From: Alphaproteobacteria bacterium
GTDB taxonomy: Bacteria; Pseudomonadota; Alphaproteobacteria; CALKHQ01
Assembly (NCBI GenBank): GCA_965227515.1
Contig: CBDDFZ010000001.1
Coordinates: forward strand, 1,664,001-1,728,000
Length of the DNA stretch: 64,000 nt
Direction of reading: 5' to 3'
Both the position numbers and the translations under genes were made by a program. Positions 1 through 9,417 of the stretch are shown here, in pieces (the first letter of the stretch is position 1; the number at the start of each line of letters is the position of its first letter). The notes below the pieces were generated by a model, which saw nothing but the letters and a program-made list of their open reading frames with translations, did not search any database and was not told where the DNA came from.

Positions 1-1
1 C

Positions 2-1078
2 ATCTCGCAGGCGACCCTGGATGCCGCCTTCGCCGGCGTGGCGCCGAACCAGCGCATCATCGAGCTCGATTCCGACCAGCCCGAGTTCTCCCGCCAGATC
101 TGGGAGTATCTGGACAGCGCGGTCAGCGCGACCCGCATTTCCAACGGCCAGACCAAGTTCGCCGAGAACCGCGCCGCGCTGGATCAGATCTCCGCCCAGT
201 TCGGCGTGCCGCCGCAGGTGCTGGTCGCCATCTGGGGCATCGAAAGCGGGTTCGGGGCCAATTTCGGCTCGTTCCGGGTCGTGGAGTCGCTCGCGACCCT
301 GGCCTATGACAGCCGCCGCACCGACTTCGGCGAGGAACAACTGATGGCGGCGTTGCAGATCCTGGAGGCCGGCGACATCGAGCCCGGCAACATGCTGGGC
401 TCCTGGGCCGGCGCCATGGGCCACACCCAGTTCATCCCCACCGCGTTCCTGCGCTATGCGGTCGATTTCGACCTCGACGGGCGGCGCGATATCTGGGGCT
501 CGATCCCCGATGCGCTGGCGTCCACCGCCAGCCATCTCGCGACCAATGGCTGGGTGCGCGGCGAGACCTGGGGCCGCGAAGTGCGGCTGCCCGACGGCTT
601 CGACTGGGCGCTGGCGGACGGCGAGGGGCGCCGGACGCTGGCCGACTGGTCGACGCTGGGCGTGATGGCCGCCGACGGCACGCCGCTGCCGGCAAGCGGC
701 ACCCAGGCGGCGCTGATCGTGCCCGCCGGCCATCGCGGACCCGGGTTCCTGATCTATGAGAACTTCCAGGTGATCAAGGCCTACAACAACGCGACGGCCT
801 ATGCCCTGGCGGTAGCGCATCTGGCCGACCGCATTGCCGGCGGCGGGCCGTTCGTCGGCGCCTGGCCGCGCGACGTGGCCGCCCTCAGCCGGCAGGAACG
901 CTTCGATCTGCAAACCCTGCTGACCGCCCAGGGCTACGACCCCGGTACGGTCGACGGCATCATCGGCCCGAACACGCGTTCGGCCCTGCGCGCGTTCCAG
1001 GCGGCGCAGGGTGTGCCGGCAGACGGCTTTCCGACGCAGGAGATGCTGGCGCTGCTGCGCGCCGCGAACGAGAGCTAG
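2..1078 (+). CDS. Lytic murein transglycosylase (MltB/SLT_2 family) with C-terminal peptidoglycan-binding domain; 5' truncated by window
   Basis: AIWGIES catalytic motif, GSWAGAMGHTQFIP, YN..TAYALAV, C-terminal DGIIGPNTRSALRAFQ; frame open to window edge. Confidence 0.93.
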   Translation: MSQATLDAAFAGVAPNQRIIELDSDQPEFSRQIWEYLDSAVSATRISNGQTKFAENRAALDQISAQFGVPPQVLVAIWGIESGFGANFGSFRVVESLATLAYDSRRTDFGEEQLMAALQILEAGDIEPGNMLGSWAGAMGHTQFIPTAFLRYAVDFDLDGRRDIWGSIPDALASTASHLATNGWVRGETWGREVRLPDGFDWALADGEGRRTLADWSTLGVMAADGTPLPASGTQAALIVPAGHRGPGFLIYENFQVIKAYNNATAYALAVAHLADRIAGGGPFVGAWPRDVAALSRQERFDLQTLLTAQGYDPGTVDGIIGPNTRSALRAFQAAQGVPADGFPTQEMLALLRAANES

Positions 1079-1085
1079 GAATGCC

Positions 1086-1105
1086 CGGCGGTGAAGTCGC
1101 CGCCG
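1086..1105. terminator. GC hairpin between convergent genes, probable terminator
   Basis: cggcggtg-aagt-cgccgccg stem-loop between the two stop codons; no strong U-tract. Confidence 0.5.
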
Positions 1106-1111
1106 CTTAGC

Positions 1112-1330
1112 TTACTTATACCGGAACGTGATCCGACCTTTGGTCAGGTCATAGGGCGTCATCTCGACATCCACGGTGTCGCCGGGCATGACGCGGATGC
1201 GGAATTTGCGCATCTTGCCGGCGGTGTGGGCGATGATCTCGTGGTCGTTTTCCAGGCGGACGCGAAACATCGCGTTGGGCAGCTTTTCGACCACCGTGCC
1301 CTTGAATTCGATCAGTTCTTCCTTCGACAT
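1112..1330 (-). CDS. infA: Translation initiation factor IF-1
   Basis: [28 protein letters not shown]...[17 protein letters not shown], 72 aa. Confidence 0.97.
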   Translation of the reverse strand: MSKEELIEFKGTVVEKLPNAMFRVRLENDHEIIAHTAGKMRKFRIRVMPGDTVDVEMTPYDLTKGRITFRYK

Positions 1331-1516
1331 ACGTGATTCCAAGTCGTTTCAGGGGACCGGCCCATCGGGGCCGTGGTGCGCACACGGCGGCGTGCGCGTC
1401 CAGCGCCAACTTCCTTCCGGATCATGTAGAGATGAACGCCCGTCGTCTCGGGCCGTGTCGTACACCATTCGTGCACATAGGGCAAATCCGGCCGATTCCA
1501 ACACTGGATATATAGA

Positions 1517-2341
1517 TTACTCGCCGACCACTGACCAAACGGCATCGGCGAAGTCGTGGGACAGGATCGCGAATCCGTGCTGGCCCTCCGGCGCATGGTA
1601 GGTGCCCAGATGAAGTGCCGCGATGCCGAACGTGTCGCCGAAGCGCATCAGGATCGGCGATCCGCTGTCGCCTTCGATTGCGTCGCAGGCGTGCAGCAGC
1701 AGCGGGTCGCCACCGGCCAGCCCGACCACCTCGCAGCCGTCGTGCACCGACAGCACGTACTGCCGGTCGCTGCTGTAGCCGGCCTGGACGATGGAGCCGC
1801 CGTCCAGCGCCGTCACCAGTTCGTCGAAGCCCATCGGCCAGATCGGCAGCGGCTCGACCGGCATGGTCTCGTTGAGCACGATCACCGCCCAGTCGTTCAT
1901 CAGGCTGACGCCCTGGGTTGACGAGGCCGCCTGATAGCCGGGCGAGACCTGGTAGCGCAGCGCGGTGGAGTGCGCGATGAACTCGCCGCGCTGGAACCCG
2001 ACGACAAAATGCACCGCCGCCGGCACCAGCCAGCGCCCATAGGCGTCGTCGAACAGGCAGTGGGCGGCGGTCAGCACGTGCTGCGGGCCGATCAGCACGC
2101 CGGTGCAATAGCTGCGGCCGGCGTAGTTGACCCTGCCAATCGCCGACCAGGGCCAGGTGCGCGCGTCCACCGTCACCCGGTCGTCGTCCTCGATCACCTG
2201 CACGGACTGGGCCATCGCCGGGCCGGCCATCGTCACCCCGGAGACTGCCAGCAGCGCGCCCATCCACAGGCTTGGCACACGGCGGAAGCGCCGTGCTAAA
2301 ACGCAGCAAAACGACCTGAGGGAACACTTCGATGGGGACAT
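1517..2341 (-). CDS. Secreted trypsin-like (V8/S1B-type) serine protease
   Basis: PWSAIG, CTGVLI, LTAAHC, NDWAV, GDSGSP triad motifs; signal peptide ending AMA-Q; start could be 2263. Confidence 0.88.
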   Translation of the reverse strand: MSPSKCSLRSFCCVLARRFRRVPSLWMGALLAVSGVTMAGPAMAQSVQVIEDDDRVTVDARTWPWSAIGRVNYAGRSYCTGVLIGPQHVLTAAHCLFDDAYGRWLVPAAVHFVVGFQRGEFIAHSTALRYQVSPGYQAASSTQGVSLMNDWAVIVLNETMPVEPLPIWPMGFDELVTALDGGSIVQAGYSSDRQYVLSVHDGCEVVGLAGGDPLLLHACDAIEGDSGSPILMRFGDTFGIAALHLGTYHAPEGQHGFAILSHDFADAVWSVVGE

Positions 2342-2470
2342 GTCATCACCGGTTGCGTGCTGGGGGCAGTGGGGCACCGGCCGCCCATCCGGCGGTTGCC
2401 GAACGCGTTTATACGCTGCCCGGCGCGACCGATGAAGGGGCAGGCGCGTCATCTGTCGCGCGGGCAACCG

Positions 2471-3739
2471 ATGGCCGGTGACGCCTATCGCCCGCTGGAC
2501 GAGGCGGGCCTGCGCGACGTGCTGGGCGCGGTGCCGGCGGTGGCGGATCGGCTGGGTGGAACGCCGGCCGACTGGACCATCGACGAGGTCGGCGACGGCA
2601 ATCTGAACCTGGTCTATCTGCTGCGCGGTCCGGATGGCGGGCTGTGCGCCAAGCAGGCGCTGCCCTATGTGCGCGCGGCCGGGGAGAGCTGGCCGCTGAA
2701 GCCGATCCGCGCGTGGTTCGAGCATCAGTGCCTCATCGCCCACGGCCCGTTGGTGCCGGGGCGGATGCCGCGCGTCCACCACTACGATGCCGACCTCTAC
2801 CTGATCGTCATGGACCTGTTGTCGCCGCACATCATCATGCGCCGTGGCATGATCGACGCGGTGCGCTACCCGGCATTCGCGGGTCACATCGCCGACTACA
2901 TGGCGCGCACGCTGTTCATGACCTCCGATCTGGCGCTGCCGGCCGCCGACAAGAAGGCCCGGATCGCCGCGTTCTGCGGCAACACCGAGCTCTGCAAGAT
3001 CAGCGAGGACCTGATCTTCACCGACCCCTACATGGTGTGCGACCGCAACCGCTGGACCGCCCCGCAGCTCGACGAGACCGCCGCCGCGTTCCGCGAGGAT
3101 GTGGAACTGAAGACCGTGGTGTCCGGGCTGAAGCTGCGCTTCATGTCCGACGCCCAGGCGCTGCTGCACGGCGACCTGCACACAGGCTCGATCATGGTCA
3201 CCGAGACCGACACCAAGGTGATCGACCCGGAGTTCGCGTTCTACGGGCCGATGGGCTTCGATATCGGCGCGGTGCTGGGCAATTTGCTGCTGAACTATTT
3301 CGCCCAGGACGGGCACGCCACCGACGACAAGCCGCGTGCCGACTACCAGGCGTGGGTGCTGGAGACGGTGCGCAAGGTGTGGACCGGTTTCGCCGGCCGG
3401 TTCGAGAGCCTGTGGGTGACGGCGCGCAGCGGCGATGCGTATCCGCGCGCGCTGTTCGAGGACGCGGGCGACCACGAGGCATCCACCGCCGCGTGCGAGG
3501 ACTACGTGCGCCGGCTCTATGCCGATGCGCTGCAGTTCGGCGCCGCCAAGATGATCCGCCGCATCCTGGGCTTCGCCCACAACATCGATCTGGACTGGAT
3601 CGAGGATGCGAACCTGCGCGCGCTGTGCGAGCGGCGTTGCCTGGCACTGGCGCGGGTGATGATGGTGGAGACCGATGGGTTCCGCAGTATCGGTCATGTC
3701 ACCGAAGCGGCGGAACGGGTGCGCAGGGACGTCGGCTGA
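2471..3739 (+). CDS. mtnK: S-methyl-5-thioribose kinase
   Basis: EVGDGNLNLV, KQALPYVR, LLHGDLHTGS, IDPEFAFYGPMGFD. Confidence 0.95.
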   Translation: MAGDAYRPLDEAGLRDVLGAVPAVADRLGGTPADWTIDEVGDGNLNLVYLLRGPDGGLCAKQALPYVRAAGESWPLKPIRAWFEHQCLIAHGPLVPGRMPRVHHYDADLYLIVMDLLSPHIIMRRGMIDAVRYPAFAGHIADYMARTLFMTSDLALPAADKKARIAAFCGNTELCKISEDLIFTDPYMVCDRNRWTAPQLDETAAAFREDVELKTVVSGLKLRFMSDAQALLHGDLHTGSIMVTETDTKVIDPEFAFYGPMGFDIGAVLGNLLLNYFAQDGHATDDKPRADYQAWVLETVRKVWTGFAGRFESLWVTARSGDAYPRALFEDAGDHEASTAACEDYVRRLYADALQFGAAKMIRRILGFAHNIDLDWIEDANLRALCERRCLALARVMMVETDGFRSIGHVTEAAERVRRDVG

Positions 3740-3789
3740 CGGCCTGGACGTCTTGGCTGGTGCAGACTTCAGCGCGAGCTGATCCCGAT

Positions 3790-3999
3790 CTACACCACTT
3801 TGTTGAGATAGGTGCCGCGCGGGGTGGGGTGATCCGGCGGCTCGTCCGGCAGTTCCGCGATCAGCGGCGGTTCGCCGTCAGGCACGTTGCGGCGTTCGGT
3901 CGTGGCCCGGCGCGCCGGCGCCACACGGCCGACAGGCCCCACCGCCGGCATGATCTGCCGGAGTGACTGGCTCAGCGAGTTGACCGACGGGAGACGCAT
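3790..3999 (-). CDS. Small hypothetical protein (69 aa)
   Basis: Strong AAGGAG RBS before ATG; fills gap; C-terminal PRGTYLNKVV. Confidence 0.6.
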   Translation of the reverse strand: MRLPSVNSLSQSLRQIMPAVGPVGRVAPARRATTERRNVPDGEPPLIAELPDEPPDHPTPRGTYLNKVV

Positions 4000-4071
4000 G
4001 CGCGGCTCCTTTTCATTGCCCGGAACGGCCCTGAAACCCAGGGCAGGCTCATTTAGCGTAGGCCGTCTTGG

Positions 4072-4087
4072 TTAGCGTCCGGTTAAC
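4072..4087 (+). promoter_or_regulatory. Candidate CtrA-binding box
   Basis: TTAG-cgtccgg-TTAAC, one mismatch to TTAA-N7-TTAAC; extra TTAAC half-site at 4117-4121; divergent intergenic region. Confidence 0.5.
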
Positions 4088-4275
4088 GGCGCGCCGGTGC
4101 GAGAGACCGCGCAACATTAACGCCTGCGAAACCGTGATAGTGCACATTCGGCCTTTGTTTGCGGGCGCTGCATCTGTGGCGCGAGACGGGTCGCTGCGAG
4201 CCTGAGGACGGGTTCGCCGGGCCGCGCCACCCGAACGGGCTGAGCGTGCAGGGAGCATGAGGCAAAGCCATCACC

Positions 4276-5439
4276 ATGGCCCAGACCACACAGACATTGC
4301 CGGATATCGACGCGCTGGTCGCGCTGGCGCACCGCAAGGGCACCACTGACCGCCGGGCGCTGGCGCTGCAGATCAATGGCGCCTTCGGGTCGATGGAGGA
4401 GAACCTCTCCGACCGTGAGCGCACCCTGATGCAGGGTATCCTGGAGCAACTGCTGACCAGCATGGAGCGCTCGGTCCGCCGCGAGCTCGCCGAGCAGCTT
4501 GGCACCGATGCAACGGTGCCGCCCCCGCTGGTGCGTTTGCTGGCCAACGATGAGATCGAGATCGCCGGCCCGATCCTGCGTGGCAGCCGAGCGCTGCGCG
4601 ACCCGGACCTGATCCAGGTCATCACCGAGCGCAGCAAGCAACACCAACTGGCCATTTGCGCGCGGGAGAACATCAGCAACGCGGTGTCCGACGCCATCGT
4701 GGCGACCGGCAACCCCGACGTGATCACCGCACTGTTGCATAACAAGAGCGCCAAGATCCGCCATGCGACCCTGGCCTATCTGACCGACCAGGCCCGGTCC
4801 GTGGATCAGTTCCGCGAGCCGCTGGTGCACCGCGACGACCTGCCGGGCGACCTGGCCGAGAAGCTCTACTGGCTGGTGACGGCGGCGCTGCGCAGCTACA
4901 TCGTCGAGCGGTTCAATATCGACTCATCGCGGCTCGACGACGGCATCGAGCGCATCGTCAAGCAGGCCGCCGCCGAAGTGCGCGCCAACCAGGCCAATCC
5001 GACCTTGTCGGAGTCGCTCGCCAACGAGTTGGTGCAGTCCAAGAACTTCAACCCCGAGTTCATGGTCGACGCCCTGAAGAGCGGCGAGGTACCGTTGTTT
5101 GAGGCGATGCTGAAGCAGCAGACCGGCCTGCGCACCCGCCTGGTCCGCCAATTGCTGTTCGACGACGATGGCCATGGCGAGGGTCTGGCGATCATGTGCC
5201 GTGCCATCGGCATGCCCCGCGAGGCCTTTGTCGACATCCTGCACATGGTGCGGCGCGAGCGGCAGCGCACCGGCTCGGAAGCCGTCGCCAGCGACCGCGC
5301 CGCGTTGCTGTTCGACCGCCTGGAGCAGGCTGGCGCCGTTGCGGTGCTGCGCCGTTGGCGGCGAGACCCGCAATATGTCGAGGCCCAAATCGAGCTGTTG
5401 GCCGAAACCCGCGAAGCCGTCTGCAATGTTGCAGCTTGA
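4276..5439 (+). CDS. DUF2336 domain protein
   Basis: VRRELAEQL, LANDEIEIAGPIL, HQLAICARENIS..VSDAIV, LVHRDDLP. Confidence 0.85.
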   Translation: MAQTTQTLPDIDALVALAHRKGTTDRRALALQINGAFGSMEENLSDRERTLMQGILEQLLTSMERSVRRELAEQLGTDATVPPPLVRLLANDEIEIAGPILRGSRALRDPDLIQVITERSKQHQLAICARENISNAVSDAIVATGNPDVITALLHNKSAKIRHATLAYLTDQARSVDQFREPLVHRDDLPGDLAEKLYWLVTAALRSYIVERFNIDSSRLDDGIERIVKQAAAEVRANQANPTLSESLANELVQSKNFNPEFMVDALKSGEVPLFEAMLKQQTGLRTRLVRQLLFDDDGHGEGLAIMCRAIGMPREAFVDILHMVRRERQRTGSEAVASDRAALLFDRLEQAGAVAVLRRWRRDPQYVEAQIELLAETREAVCNVAA

Positions 5440-7339
5440 GGCCCCCGCCATCGAGCAGACCGTCGGTCTGGGCGCCCCGGGTCTGGACCATCTGGCGGAC
5501 AGTGGCATCACCGTGGTGACCGATATGGACGGTCGCGTCATGTCGGCAAGCGCGGGCTTTCATGCGCTGGCGGAACTGATGGAGTGGCCGGAGGACCATG
5601 TCGTCCTGGACGGCATGGAAGATGCCCGGGACAAGCTAAAGCGCGGCGCGCCCGTCGCACGCTCCACCGCTACCGGGTCATTTCGTTTCCATGCCGATAT
5701 CGTGACGCTGGACGTCGAGCACGTGCTGATGCGCGACGGCGACGGCAACCCCAGTGCCATCGTCAACCGTTTCGTCATTCCGGCGGAGGTGGATAGCGTC
5801 AACCAGGGCGCGCAGCTCGACGAAGCGCGGCGGCGGCTGGCCGATATCGCGCGGCTGACCTCGGACTGGCTCTGGGAGACCGACCGCGGCATGCGGTTCA
5901 ATTACGTCTCCGACCGGGTGTGGGACGTTCTGGGCGTGCTGCCGGCGCAACTCATCGGCCGGCCGCTGGACTCGCTTGGCCGCTTCGATGGCGGCGCCAG
6001 CGTGCTGAAGCCGCAATACGATGCCGAGCGCAGGCGCCCGTTCAGCGACATCGGGCTCGCGGTTCTGCACGGCAATGGCCGGGTCAGCCGGCTGCGCCTG
6101 TCGGGCGTGCCGGTGTTCGATCCGGGGACCGGGGCATTCCGCGGCTATCGCGGCATTGCCCGCGACGTCACCGCCGTGGCCGACGCGAAGGCGGAGGCCG
6201 ACCTGTCGATGTCGCGCCTGATGGCGGCGGTGAACGCGTCCAACGACGGTTTCGCCGTGTTCAACACGACCGGCGGGCTTGTGGAGGCCAATCGCAATTT
6301 CGCGCGTGACTTCGGCCTGTCGGAAACGCCGGCGAAGGGCGAGCAACTAGCTGCTCTGGTCGAGCACGCGGTGTCCACCGGCTGGTTCTGTTCGGAATCC
6401 GAGGCGGAGGCGCGGTTGCTGCGGGGCACGTTGATGCCGGCCGACGGCACGTTGCCGCCGCAGGAGGTGGAGCTGGACGACGGTCGCTGGCTGATGATGA
6501 CGCAGACCAAGTCCGAAACAGGCGACCTGCTGGTGGTCTGCACTGACATCACGCCGCTGAAGGAGCGCGAGCAGGCGATCTACAACGCCAAGCTGGCTGC
6601 CGAGGGCGCCGACCGCGCGAAGACCGCCTTCCTGTCGACGATCAGCCACGAGTTGCGGACCCCGCTCAACGCCGTGATCGGCTTCGCCGAGATGATGCGC
6701 GACGAGATCATGGGGCCGATCGAGAACGCGCAGTACCGGTCCTACGTCCGCGACATTCTGGACAGCGGCGTCCATTTGCGCACCCTGATCGATACCTGCC
6801 TGGACATCGTCAAGCTGCACTCCGATGCGGTGGACCTGAGCGACGGCACGGTGGCGCTGGCCACCATGGTCGACGCGGTGTTCGACGACGAGGCCGGCCG
6901 GGCGCGGGTTACCGGGGTCACGCTGACCAACCGGCTGCCGCGCGACCTGCCGTTGCTGAGCGCCGACAGCGCGCGCATGCGCCGCGTGTTCGACAATCTG
7001 ATCGACAATGCAATCAAGTTCGCCAATGCCCCCGGCAAGGTGGAGGTCGACGGTGCGCTGCTGGGCGACGGCAGCTTGCAGGTCATCATCGCGGACGACG
7101 GCATCGGCATGGCGCCCGCCGATATCCCGCGCGCGCTGGACCCGTTCCTGCAGTTGGATTCGCGGTTACAGCGGCGCTTCCAGGGCCTGGGCATGGGCCT
7201 GCCGTTGGCCAAGGGCATTGTCGAACGGCACGGCGGCACGTTCGAGATCGACAGCGCGCCCGACCAGGGCACGCGCATCGAGATGACGTTCCCGGCCAGC
7301 CGCATTCTGGCAACAGGTGCCCAGTCCGGCGTCGGTTGA
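5426..7339 (+). CDS. Cytoplasmic PAS-domain sensor histidine kinase (PleC/DivJ-like H-box)
   Basis: SDWLWETD PAS, KTAFLSTISHELRTPLNAVIGFAE, NLIDNAIKF, DDGIGM, GLGMGL; overlaps upstream stop by 14 nt. Confidence 0.92.
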   Translation: MLQLEAPAIEQTVGLGAPGLDHLADSGITVVTDMDGRVMSASAGFHALAELMEWPEDHVVLDGMEDARDKLKRGAPVARSTATGSFRFHADIVTLDVEHVLMRDGDGNPSAIVNRFVIPAEVDSVNQGAQLDEARRRLADIARLTSDWLWETDRGMRFNYVSDRVWDVLGVLPAQLIGRPLDSLGRFDGGASVLKPQYDAERRRPFSDIGLAVLHGNGRVSRLRLSGVPVFDPGTGAFRGYRGIARDVTAVADAKAEADLSMSRLMAAVNASNDGFAVFNTTGGLVEANRNFARDFGLSETPAKGEQLAALVEHAVSTGWFCSESEAEARLLRGTLMPADGTLPPQEVELDDGRWLMMTQTKSETGDLLVVCTDITPLKEREQAIYNAKLAAEGADRAKTAFLSTISHELRTPLNAVIGFAEMMRDEIMGPIENAQYRSYVRDILDSGVHLRTLIDTCLDIVKLHSDAVDLSDGTVALATMVDAVFDDEAGRARVTGVTLTNRLPRDLPLLSADSARMRRVFDNLIDNAIKFANAPGKVEVDGALLGDGSLQVIIADDGIGMAPADIPRALDPFLQLDSRLQRRFQGLGMGLPLAKGIVERHGGTFEIDSAPDQGTRIEMTFPASRILATGAQSGVG

Positions 7340-7345
7340 TTGGCG

Positions 7346-8440
7346 CTAGCTGTGGCCGCCCAGTCGGCTCAGCGTCGCCCTTGCCTGGTGCACGATCGCC
7401 GATACCCGTTCCCCGGCGGGCACGACCTCCCCGACCAACCCCGAGACCTGGCCGGCAAACAGTGCCAGCCGGTCCATCGCGCCGGTCATCGAGCGCAGCG
7501 GCGAGTCCGTGCTCCATTCATAGATCGGCCGGCCCTCCTCTTCCGCAACGGCATGGCGCGGGATCTCGGCCGGGTCGTGACCGAAGAGCCGTGTTCCCAG
7601 ACCGTCGGTCATGTCGTTCGCGAGCACGCGCACCGGCGAGCCCTTCGGCCAGTTGATGGCATAGGCGTCGGTATGGACGGTGCGGTCGGAGGTTGCTGCC
7701 ACGACCCGTTGCTTGTGCATGTCGTGGGCGAAGGACTCCGGTGTCGCCAGGAACAGCGTGCCGCAGTGGATGCCTTGCGCGCCAAGGGCCAGCGCGGCCA
7801 CCAGCGCATCGCCGGTGGCGAACCCGCCCGAGCCGACGACCGGCACGTCTACCGCCGCCACGACCTGCGGCAGCAGCACCAGCGAGGTCACGTTGCCGTG
7901 GACGTGTCCGCCGGCCTCGACGCCCTGGGCGATGATGGCATCGGCGCCGGCCTCCACCGCCGCCACCGCGTCGGCCACGCTGCCGACCTGGTAGAGCACG
8001 GTCATGCCGGCATCCTTGGCCGCCGCAATGGCGCCGGGGACCACATCCCAGAAGAACACCATCGCCGGAACGCCTGCCGTGACGCAGGCCGCGAACTCGC
8101 TTTCATAGAGTGCCGGGTCGGTGGCGGCGGGGATCAGGTTGACCGCGAACGGGCGGTCCGTGCGTTGTCGAACCGCATCGACTTCGCGCCGGATCAGATC
8201 GGGCGTCTCGCGCACCATGCCGATGCAGCCGAAGCCGCCCGCCGCCGACACTGCCGCCGCGAGTTCGGACCGCGCAACGCCGCCCATGCCCGCCTGCAGG
8301 ATGGGAAAATCGCAGCCCAGAAGCGCGCAGAGCGGCGTGCGCAGCGGGTCGCGGTCCGGCGGTGCCAGATTTTCGAACTCGTGGGCAAAGCAGGGCGATG
8401 ACGCCAGCTCGACCGGTTCGTCATCTCGTTCGTCGATCAT
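7346..8440 (-). CDS. Nitronate monooxygenase family flavoprotein
   Basis: PILQAGMGG, QGVEAGGH, GGFATG, GTLFLATPES, FAGQVSG. Confidence 0.9.
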   Translation of the reverse strand: MIDERDDEPVELASSPCFAHEFENLAPPDRDPLRTPLCALLGCDFPILQAGMGGVARSELAAAVSAAGGFGCIGMVRETPDLIRREVDAVRQRTDRPFAVNLIPAATDPALYESEFAACVTAGVPAMVFFWDVVPGAIAAAKDAGMTVLYQVGSVADAVAAVEAGADAIIAQGVEAGGHVHGNVTSLVLLPQVVAAVDVPVVGSGGFATGDALVAALALGAQGIHCGTLFLATPESFAHDMHKQRVVAATSDRTVHTDAYAINWPKGSPVRVLANDMTDGLGTRLFGHDPAEIPRHAVAEEEGRPIYEWSTDSPLRSMTGAMDRLALFAGQVSGLVGEVVPAGERVSAIVHQARATLSRLGGHS

Positions 8441-8467
8441 CCGCAGGCTCCGAGGGTGTGTGGGCGC

Positions 8468-9325
8468 TCAAACATCGCCGGCATCGTCGGCCCAGCCCTC
8501 ACCGGTGCCGCGATGGATCACGTCGTCCTCGTCTAGCACCGCGCCGGCGCCAATGTCGGGCAGGGACTCCAGCGCGCGGTAATAGTCGGTGAAATCGGGG
8601 GCGGTCGCCGCGAACAACTGGTCGAAGTCGTCGATGACGAAGTAGGTCTTCTGGAACGTGTCGATGCGATAGCGGGTGCGCATGATGCGCATCAGGTCGA
8701 AGCCGATGCGGTTCGGGCTTTCGCTTTCCAGGCAGTAGCGCACCTCGCCGCGCGACGACACGATGCCGGAGCCGTAGATGCGCAGCGTATCGGCCTCGCG
8801 CACCAGGCCGAACTCCACCGTGTACCAGTAGAGCCGCGCCAGCTTGGCCAGCGCGCCGAGCCTCAGCGCCTTCATCCCGCCGCGCCCGTAGGCCGCCATG
8901 TAGTCGCCGAACACCGGGTTCATCAGCATCGGCACATGGCCGAACAGGTCGTGGAAGACGTCCGGCTCCTGGATGTAGTCGATCTGCTCCGGCTTGCGGA
9001 TCCACCAGGTCACCGGAAAGCGCCGCCCCGCCAGCATGGCGAAGAACACGTCGTCGGGCACCAGCCCGGCCACCGCTTCGATCCGCCAGCCCGTCGCCGC
9101 ATCCAGGTGGGCGTTGATGTCGTCGAACTTCGGGATGCCGCCGGCCGCCATGCCGAGCCCGCGCATGCCGGCAACGAACGCGTCGCAGGCGCGGCCCGGC
9201 AGCAGGTCGGCCTGCTGGTCGAACAGCGTCGCCCAGGTGCGGTGGTCCTCGGCGCCATAGCTGTCATATGGCTGCGCCAGAATATGCGGCGCGATGTCGG
9301 GAACGCTTGGCGAAGCGGGTGTCAT
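8468..9325 (-). CDS. phhA: Phenylalanine 4-hydroxylase
   Basis: EPDVFHDLFGHVP, LARLYWYTVEFGL, YGSGIVSS. Confidence 0.95.
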   Translation of the reverse strand: MTPASPSVPDIAPHILAQPYDSYGAEDHRTWATLFDQQADLLPGRACDAFVAGMRGLGMAAGGIPKFDDINAHLDAATGWRIEAVAGLVPDDVFFAMLAGRRFPVTWWIRKPEQIDYIQEPDVFHDLFGHVPMLMNPVFGDYMAAYGRGGMKALRLGALAKLARLYWYTVEFGLVREADTLRIYGSGIVSSRGEVRYCLESESPNRIGFDLMRIMRTRYRIDTFQKTYFVIDDFDQLFAATAPDFTDYYRALESLPDIGAGAVLDEDDVIHRGTGEGWADDAGDV

Positions 9326-9417
9326 CGCTGGCCGTCCTCCGTTAGGTTGGACCCGCCTAGACTATCGAATATGGCCCCTTCGGGCGCACGCGACAACCGA
9401 ACCGCAAGGACGCATTG

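Noticed and set aside
2342-3697. 726-aa ORF as a large protease fusion
   Set aside because: The upstream part is antisense to mtnK; protease motifs and signal peptide begin near 2341
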